In this document: positions 58,391 to 64,000 of the stretch, piece by piece
How positions within the stretch are numbered: the stretch's first letter is position 1
Layout: the number at the start of each line of letters is the position of its first letter
Assembly: GCA_964374105.1 (NCBI GenBank)
Contig: CAYJXI010000003.1
Coordinates: 13,336-77,335, forward strand
Direction of reading: 5' to 3'
Source of the DNA: an uncultured Planctomycetales bacterium
GTDB lineage: Bacteria; Omnitrophota; Gorgyraeia; Zapsychrales; JANLHA01
Length of the DNA stretch: 64,000 nucleotides
The notes under the pieces: generated by a model
Seen by the model: only the letters and a program-made list of their open reading frames with translations
Told to the model about the DNA's origin: nothing
Databases searched by the model: none
Translations under genes and position numbers: made by a program

Positions 58391-59196
58391 GGGGGGGAGT
58401 CCATTGTCTTTGGGATTGCCTCGGTTTCTTCGTTTAGGAAAAGCTGTGTGACCGCTAATGCACTTAAGGCTGCCGTATCAACTTTAAGGACAGCGGGGCC
58501 AAGGCTGATGGGAAGACAACCTGCCTTCATCGCGAGGGCAAGCTCTTGGGGAGTAAAATCGCCTTCCGGACCAATGAGAATAAAAATCCTTTTACAATCT
58601 TTCATTTTTTCTAAGGCGGATAAAAGATTTTGCCTTTTCCCGGCTAAACAGGGAATGAGCCCATAATCAAAATGATTGATTTTAGTCAAAACACTCTCAT
58701 AATCCTGGGGGGAATAAATCTGGGGAATCTTTAAGCGTTTGCATTGTTTAGCGGCAGTGATGGCTACAGCCCTATAACGATTAAGTTTTTTTTGAATGTT
58801 GTCTTTCTTCAAATGCACTTCGGTTCTTTGGGTAATCATCGGAATAATCTCATCCACGCCTAGTTCGGTGCCTTTCTCAATAATAAAATCCAATTTTGCT
58901 TTTTTGGGAATTGCGCACGCTAAGATGACAGGAATTTTCAAGCTTGCCGTCTTGGGCTCGAAAGTTTCGATAAGCACTTTTATTTGATCTTGACTAATCT
59001 CTTTTATGCGGCCGGTTGCCTGCTTCCCTTCTCCGTTAAAAAGAGAAATGGAGTCTTCTTTTTTTAGCCGCAGAACATTTTTCAGGTGATGAACTTCTTT
59101 TTTATCAGATAGGATAAAGATTTTAGATCCGACTTCAAGGTTGGGGCAGAAAAATCGATGCATATTAAGAGTCACAGGCCACAGGTTTCTCTTCAT
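58387..59196 (-). CDS. rsmE: 16S rRNA (uracil1498-N3)-methyltransferase.
   Basis: MHRFFC...NGEG (PUA-like) and the SPOUT C-terminal domain (ILIGPEGDFTPQE). The likely start is the ATG at 59163. Confidence 0.8.
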   Translation of the reverse strand: MKRNLWPVTLNMHRFFCPNLEVGSKIFILSDKKEVHHLKNVLRLKKEDSISLFNGEGKQATGRIKEISQDQIKVLIETFEPKTASLKIPVILACAIPKKAKLDFIIEKGTELGVDEIIPMITQRTEVHLKKDNIQKKLNRYRAVAITAAKQCKRLKIPQIYSPQDYESVLTKINHFDYGLIPCLAGKRQNLLSALEKMKDCKRIFILIGPEGDFTPQELALAMKAGCLPISLGPAVLKVDTAALSALAVTQLFLNEETEAIPKTMDSPP

Positions 59197-59307
59197 ATGG
59201 GAAAAGGAGAATTAAAAAGACGATGAAAATTCCAGTACAATTTTTAAAAACCATTTTTTTCTTTTGGTTATTCTCCCTTGGCTTGTGTCCTGTGACTTTA
59301 TTTTAAG

Positions 59308-59380
59308 TGGACCGAGGGGGAGTCGAACCCCCGACCTCCTGATTGCGAACCAGGCATTCTCCCAACTGAACTATCGGCCC
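59308..59380 (-). tRNA. tRNA-Ala (anticodon CGC).
   Basis: Hand-folded cloverleaf: GGGCCGA acceptor stem with the G3:U70 alanine identity pair, anticodon loop UUCGCAA, T-arm GGGGGUUCGACUCCCCC. CCA is not encoded. Confidence 0.8.
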
Positions 59381-59403
59381 GTTGTTTTTAACTTAAATAT
59401 TCT

Positions 59404-59643
59404 TTAAAATTTCAGTTTAGCTTTACAATTTAAATAACTCTTAATAAGAAATTCTAAAACTTCCGGCTGATTTAGCAAAAACCAGATTGGAAACACAATG
59501 GCAGCAACTTTGAAAGCAGTTCTAAAATTAGGTTCAGTTGTTTTGGGTAAGAACTTTTCAAGATTTTTTGGGAAGAAGGCCAAGAAAATCAGAGATAATT
59601 CCGCAATAATTGCCAGCACAATTTTTGAAGGTTTCATCAACAA
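59404..59643 (-). CDS. Small two-TM membrane protein (79 aa), hypothetical.
   Basis: ORF with two hydrophobic helices. No motif recognized. Confidence 0.35.
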   Translation of the reverse strand: MLMKPSKIVLAIIAELSLIFLAFFPKNLEKFLPKTTEPNFRTAFKVAAIVFPIWFLLNQPEVLEFLIKSYLNCKAKLKF

Positions 59644-59741
59644 ATCTTTTTGACTCGAGTTTTTCAGTTTTTTAAAAACAACCTCATCTTAGCAAATAGA
59701 CCCCCATCTTACAAGCTCTGTTAAATCAATTTTCTTTTGTC

Positions 59742-59834
59742 ATTCCTGCTTTAAGCCCGCCTGCCGGACGGGCAGGAATCCATGAGCTTTGGGATCCCGC
59801 ATCGAGCGCGGGATGACGTGAAGCAGGACTTTTT
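59742..59834. other. GC-rich structured element with alternative pairings: a CCTGC/GCAGG triple plus the ATCCCGC-N7-GCGGGAT hairpin.
   Basis: Two CCTGC copies (59745-59749, 59760-59764) can each pair with GCAGG copies (59772-59776, 59823-59827). A 7-bp hairpin is at 59794-59814 and a T5 run at 59830-59834. It lies immediately 3' of the HTTM gene stop. Confidence 0.35.
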
Positions 59835-61200
59835 ATTCTCTCAAGGGAACAATCCAATGGGCATGCGAAAATAAGGGATATTGGACCTTCGTAAGATCAA
59901 CGGTACTGTCAATAAAGGGTTGGTAGGCTCGTCCGTTAAGGGAGGCCTGAGCTTCTACTTTGATGATAGGATCAGGAATACCAATTTTAACTAAATCTTT
60001 TTTTAAATAATGGACGTATTGTAACAGCATATCCGGCATATTATCTAACCATTGTTGTTGGTTGGTCACATGGTTTTGGAAAGGAACATAAAAGGATTTA
60101 CCGGTTTTCGGATCCGTCGCAATGATTCTCATTTTAACCAATTTGGTATTGAGTTTAAGCCGCCAGGAAAACCGGCATCCTTCAAAATCCCAGGCGGGAT
60201 GGCCCGGATATAACCATCGGCGTAAAGGGATGAAAAGCTGTAAAGTTATATAAATCGCAATAAAACATAGAACAAGCTTAGAGTAAGGTGCAGAGCAATG
60301 CAGTGGTTTCTGTGTTGACCCCGGACTGGGATCTAAAGGAAGATGAAAAAAAATTTGGATTCTATTAACAAATTTTCGTGGGGCATCAGGATTAAGAAAT
60401 AAGACAAAACCAGCAATCATGAGAAAGGGGAAAATCCCAATATCATCAAATATCCAGTGGTTAGTTAAATTGAAAACTAAGGTGCAAAAAAAGGTAAAGA
60501 TTCGATAACGATTCAAGAGCAGCAATACTAAGAGTAAAAACACCAAGATCAAGCCACCGTAGCTAAAGAGGTAGGCCACCCAAGCGTCCTCCCCCGTTTT
60601 CCCAAAGAAAGTTTTTTCCGAAAGAATTCTGTGAAGCGGTTGGGCACGCCACAACCAATCCCCATTGAGTTTAGAAACAGCACTAAAGAAATACACAATG
60701 ACAAATTGCATCCTTAAGATGAAGATTTGCCAAAAGGGAATCAGTTGATGATGAACCTTTTTCAATCTTAAAATATTCAGTGGGGGCCATTGCTGAGCTT
60801 GCGTTATCATGAAAAGAAAAATGATAAGAAGGATGAGATAGTAATGATCATTATACAGGGCTTTGTCAAATAAAAAAAAGTAGCTAAAAGTCAGTAAGTA
60901 TACAAGACTCGAGATCTTAAATAAGAGTCCGGTGGCTATACCTAAGGTCGTAATTCCCATAATAAGAAAAAGAAGCTGCATCCCTTGCGGGGATAAACGT
61001 TCAAGATGCAAGAATTCGAAAAGACTAAAGGGGAAATGATATTGAGGTAAGATGAAATTTTCCTTAATAAACTCAGGAGTAAAAATAAAAAAGGATTGCC
61101 CTAATAGGAGAAGACCAAATAACAATCGGAATAAACCTAAAGAAGAACAATCAACCGATTTAAAAAGGTCTTGTTGCCAAGATTTGAATCGAAGGTTCAC
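59833..61200 (-). CDS. HTTM-domain membrane protein (vitamin K-dependent gamma-carboxylase-like).
   Basis: A 455-aa protein. N-terminal DLFKSVDCSSLGLFRLLFGLLLL matches the start of the HTTM domain. It has multiple TM helices, and the C-terminal region with WDFEGCRFSWRLKL resembles the luminal part of VKGC-like proteins. Confidence 0.55.
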   Translation of the reverse strand: MNLRFKSWQQDLFKSVDCSSLGLFRLLFGLLLLGQSFFIFTPEFIKENFILPQYHFPFSLFEFLHLERLSPQGMQLLFLIMGITTLGIATGLLFKISSLVYLLTFSYFFLFDKALYNDHYYLILLIIFLFMITQAQQWPPLNILRLKKVHHQLIPFWQIFILRMQFVIVYFFSAVSKLNGDWLWRAQPLHRILSEKTFFGKTGEDAWVAYLFSYGGLILVFLLLVLLLLNRYRIFTFFCTLVFNLTNHWIFDDIGIFPFLMIAGFVLFLNPDAPRKFVNRIQIFFHLPLDPSPGSTQKPLHCSAPYSKLVLCFIAIYITLQLFIPLRRWLYPGHPAWDFEGCRFSWRLKLNTKLVKMRIIATDPKTGKSFYVPFQNHVTNQQQWLDNMPDMLLQYVHYLKKDLVKIGIPDPIIKVEAQASLNGRAYQPFIDSTVDLTKVQYPLFSHAHWIVPLRE

Positions 61201-61253
61201 TTTCTTTAAATTTATCCTTGAATTTAATATCTAATATCCATGAGAGAGTACAA

Positions 61254-61838
61254 CTAAAAGCTATGTCCTATTGGAGTAATTCGAGTTTCTAAGACAAATT
61301 CAGGGTTAGTCACCGGATGTTGGGCATAACCAGGATTACTTCGGTTTGTGAGTTTGACATCCAAATACATATCCCGGGTAACACTATCCAAAACAAAAGT
61401 GTACGTAAAATTTGCGGCCCCAGTGGCCGCAGTTCCTAGGACTGGATCGGTAGTGACACAGTTCCCTGGGCCAACGGCAGCGGTCCGGTTACACTTATGA
61501 ATATTATTCACGTTTCGCCAGTAACAGATCCACATGTCATCGTTGTAGGAATTGGGAGTGTGAGGATTATTGAGATCTTGGCGAACACACAAGTAGGTGG
61601 TGCTGGTCCGGACACCTCGATTATTGTTGTCTCCTAAAGCCAGTTCGGCGTTGCGGGCGATATCGGTCATCGTGGTTTGTGTTTCGATGGAAAGACGAAT
61701 ATCCTGAGCGGCCATCCTACGGGAACTGTTAATGGCATAGTCGACCGAAACCGCTCCCAACATGACAATACCTATGAGGGCAGTAGAGACAAGGAGCTCT
61801 AATAAGGTTAATCCATTTTTTTTGTTCATTTTCAGCAT
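61254..61838 (-). CDS. Prepilin-type minor pilin / pseudopilin (194 aa).
   Basis: The N-terminus NKKNGLTLLELLVSTALIGIVMLGAV is a class III signal peptide with G-1 and E+5. Confidence 0.7.
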   Translation of the reverse strand: MLKMNKKNGLTLLELLVSTALIGIVMLGAVSVDYAINSSRRMAAQDIRLSIETQTTMTDIARNAELALGDNNNRGVRTSTTYLCVRQDLNNPHTPNSYNDDMWICYWRNVNNIHKCNRTAAVGPGNCVTTDPVLGTAATGAANFTYTFVLDSVTRDMYLDVKLTNRSNPGYAQHPVTNPEFVLETRITPIGHSF

Positions 61839-61846
61839 TCTAACCC

Positions 61847-62227
61847 CTACCAGGTAATATTCAAGACTACCTTTCTTGCCGAAGTCCCTTTAGAATCAGC
61901 ACTGACGACGTAACTGGGAGCATAAGAAATACCATTAACGATAACTGGCGTTGTAGGTCCTGTAAGGGGTGGATGGGTTCCTATCGCCAGTTCCCCTGTA
62001 TTCCAGTTGTTAGCGTCAACCTGGGTTCTTAAATCTTCTAAGATCCTTTTGCCAATAAAAGCTGCGGTGACCTCTTTGCTGGAAACGTTAGTTGGCTGTT
62101 TTAACATAGAAACGGTGGCAAAGACCCCGGCGGCCGCAATGGCAAAAATGAGACTCGATACAATGATCTCAACTAAGGTAAATCCGGTATTCTTGTTTCT
62201 TCTTCGAATTTCTCCAATGCTTTTCAT
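61847..62227 (-). CDS. Prepilin-type minor pilin / pseudopilin (126 aa).
   Basis: NTGFTLVEIIVSSLIFAIAAAGVFA prepilin motif with G-1, F+1 and E+5. Confidence 0.7.
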   Translation of the reverse strand: MKSIGEIRRRNKNTGFTLVEIIVSSLIFAIAAAGVFATVSMLKQPTNVSSKEVTAAFIGKRILEDLRTQVDANNWNTGELAIGTHPPLTGPTTPVIVNGISYAPSYVVSADSKGTSARKVVLNITW

Positions 62228-62245
62228 TCTTTCCTCTCTCCTTTT

Positions 62246-62710
62246 TTAAGGACAAGTTCCTGCAGAACATCGAGGGTTATTAGTACTCGCAGGGGATGGA
62301 TTGCTCAAGTCAAAAGGATCAGTATCAATATCAGTTTGAGTAATGAGAATCGTAAAAGGCGCTGCGGGCGCAATTCTAGCAGCGGTACAATCGTAAGTTG
62401 TCCCGGTTGCAGTCCCTCGACATGTATAAGTCATCCCACTAGCAATGATATTTAATCCTAAATTTGTATTGATCAGGGCTAGATTGTAAGTGTTAGTATC
62501 AGGCGGCCAAAAACGGCCATTCCTGGCTCGATAAATGCGATTGGCGGAGTTAATGGCAATCAACTGATTGGTCGCATCATCCCGATGGGTTCTTTCAATG
62601 GTTCTAGTAAAATTGGGAATAGCGAAAGACGCCATCACCGATAAAATGATCACCACCACCATCACCTCCATCATAGTAAAGGCCTTTTTTAATAGAGAGC
62701 CCATAGCCAT
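62246..62710 (-). CDS. Prepilin-type minor pilin / pseudopilin (154 aa).
   Basis: KKAFTMMEVMVVVIILSVMASFAIP prepilin motif with A-1, F+1 and E+5. The C-terminus has 4 Cys. Confidence 0.7.
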   Translation of the reverse strand: MAMGSLLKKAFTMMEVMVVVIILSVMASFAIPNFTRTIERTHRDDATNQLIAINSANRIYRARNGRFWPPDTNTYNLALINTNLGLNIIASGMTYTCRGTATGTTYDCTAARIAPAAPFTILITQTDIDTDPFDLSNPSPASTNNPRCSAGTCP

Positions 62711-62798
62711 TCAACCCCTATCTTACTTCTTCTAATATAAGTATAGAACTTTTTTAAGACAAATTTTAGTTTTTAAATTGAAAAATTTTAACACCTCC

Positions 62799-63221
62799 TT
62801 AAAATCCCAATTTAGAACATAATCCTGCCGGGCCTCCAGCACACTCTATATTCCCATCGACATCAATCGATAACGTATAGGAACCGTTTCTTGTGATTTG
62901 TGCTACATAAAAATCGGGGCCTGGGAGGCCATTTAAGGCAACCGGTGTATTAAATAAGCTCGAGGGCCGTACTTCCAAATCAAGATCAGTGATATCGATA
63001 GTAAAAGCCCCCGCATTATCCAAGGAATACCGCTTTTGCGCTCCAAACAGCGCAATGAGAATTTGTTTACCTTCTTCAGAACGAAATTTTTCTAACGTGG
63101 TCACAAAGCTCGGGATGGCAAGACCGACAATCACAGTTAAGATAATCATGGTAATGATCATCTCCATTAAGGTAAATCCCAAAGGTAGTAAAGTTAATTT
63201 TTTTTCAATTAATCGAGTCAT
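62799..63221 (-). CDS. Prepilin-type minor pilin / pseudopilin (140 aa).
   Basis: LPLGFTLMEMIITMIILTVIVGLAIP prepilin motif. The CAGGPAGLC C-terminus suggests a disulfide loop. Confidence 0.7.
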   Translation of the reverse strand: MTRLIEKKLTLLPLGFTLMEMIITMIILTVIVGLAIPSFVTTLEKFRSEEGKQILIALFGAQKRYSLDNAGAFTIDITDLDLEVRPSSLFNTPVALNGLPGPDFYVAQITRNGSYTLSIDVDGNIECAGGPAGLCSKLGF

Positions 63222-63301
63222 CTTACCCTCTTTATAAAATAGACCTCACTACGTTCGGCACTATTTTATCCATACCCCGCCATTGGCGCCGACCCCTTCC
63301 C

Positions 63302-63335
63302 TTAACCCCGCAGCTTTCGCAAGATGCGGGGTTAA
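63302..63335 (-). other. Perfect 11-bp-stem hairpin (TTAACCCCGCA-N12-TGCGGGGTTAA) between the major pilin gene and the minor pilin operon.
   Basis: Exact inverted repeat, GC-rich in an AT-rich spacer, with no U-tract on either strand. Confidence 0.4.
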
Positions 63336-63470
63336 CAACCCCTACGTTGTATCGGGATCCTTCATTTTGAATTTCCGATACAATAAAATATATGAAACAA
63401 CACCAAGGTCAATTTTCTCTCCCCCGATGTTGCTTCATATATGGACTTCAAGTCCTCTCTCTGTGTAAAC

Positions 63471-63890
63471 TTATTTGATTCCTGTAAAAGCTGTTGCACC
63501 TGAGCGAGTAACCGTCGCAGTTCCTATAATCAAATCAATCGTGCTTGCTGAATTTCCTCCATCCGTAGTATTTCTTGTCGCCCTTAAGGTATAAGCATTA
63601 GTCGCAACGTTAACCCAAGAATAAGTAAAATGAGCTCCTGGGGAATCCTTGGGATCGGAAAGGTCGATGTTGCCAAACGTATTGCAATTTGTATAAACTC
63701 CTTGCAGTAAGTAACAACGTTCTACCGAAGAACGCAAGGCAGTCATAGCCGAGAGACCTTCCGAGCTTCGTGAGAACTCCACGGTACTCACTAGGCGGGG
63801 TAAAGCCAAACTGGCTAGAACCCCAATAATGATCACCACAATTATAATTTCAAGCAGGGTAAAACCGCTTTTTTTCATTGTTAAATTCAT
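63471..63890 (-). CDS. Type IV major pilin-like protein (paralog B).
   Basis: MNLTMKKSGFTLLEIIIVVIIIGVLASLALPRLVSTVEFSRSSEGLSAMTALRSSVERCYL is nearly identical to paralog A over the first 55 residues and diverges toward the C-terminus. Its G-1 is canonical. RBS AGGAG. Confidence 0.8.
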   Translation of the reverse strand: MNLTMKKSGFTLLEIIIVVIIIGVLASLALPRLVSTVEFSRSSEGLSAMTALRSSVERCYLLQGVYTNCNTFGNIDLSDPKDSPGAHFTYSWVNVATNAYTLRATRNTTDGGNSASTIDLIIGTATVTRSGATAFTGIK

Positions 63891-64000
63891 CTTAACTCTC
63901 CTTTTTTATACTATATATTAACTCTATATATGATTGAGTTTATTTTCTAAACTAAACCTTTGCTTGCAACTTACTAATGCTTAAATTTGTTCTTTTTATC

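Noticed and set aside
63283-63468. Plus-strand 61-aa ORF in the pilin intergenic region.
   Set aside because: It has no RBS, a low-complexity Pro/Ser-rich translation, and overlaps the GC-rich hairpin. It is more likely non-coding.

Overview
Low-GC (roughly 38-40% by eye), densely packed bacterial chromosomal window in which essentially every gene is on the minus strand. The only plus-strand genes are the IS3 transposase ORFs and one PilZ gene. SurA, DegP/HtrA, Wzx, two GT9 heptosyltransferases, pseudopilins, fused SecDF and a truncated Mfd suggest a diderm, genome-streamlined organism, possibly from a candidate phylum such as Omnitrophota. The phylum cannot be determined from sequence alone.

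Content from left to right:
- 1-17.2 kb: a cell-surface polysaccharide/LPS-like locus. It holds two GT9 genes, a Wzx flippase, three SAM methyltransferases, a UbiA-family polyprenyl-phosphate phosphoribosyltransferase next to a large GT-C-like membrane protein, and rfbB, an rmlD-like gene and rfbA. It carries two insertion sequences: an IS3-family element, and an IS982-family element that has split and truncated a GT2 gene.
- 17-35 kb: housekeeping genes (queH, nnr, acpS, pdxJ, cdaA, folP, ftsH, tilS, tsaD, ctpA, gatCAB). Among them sits a pair of excisionase-type HTH proteins, one of which is a bactofilin-HTH fusion.
- 36-55 kb: ksgA-pdxA-surA, mfd, secDF-yajC, rpsP, a trpE/pabB-like gene coupled to hisIFAHBD, and alaS-recX-htrA-recA.
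- 56-64 kb: a type IV pilin island. Two near-identical major-pilin paralogs flank four minor pilins, an HTTM (vitamin-K-carboxylase-like) membrane protein and a GT-C+TPR membrane glycosyltransferase.

The most interesting hypothesis is a pilin (or other surface protein) glycosylation system. It would use a polyprenyl-phosphate-pentose donor made by the UbiA-family enzyme, and the GT-C/TPR enzyme as transferase, analogous to the Pseudomonas TfpW arabinosylation system. Two tRNAs were found by hand: a tRNA with anticodon CAU and tRNA-Ala(CGC). Several GC-rich hairpins in this AT-rich genome look like terminators that lack a U-tract. All calls are from hand translation and motif recognition; no searches were run.
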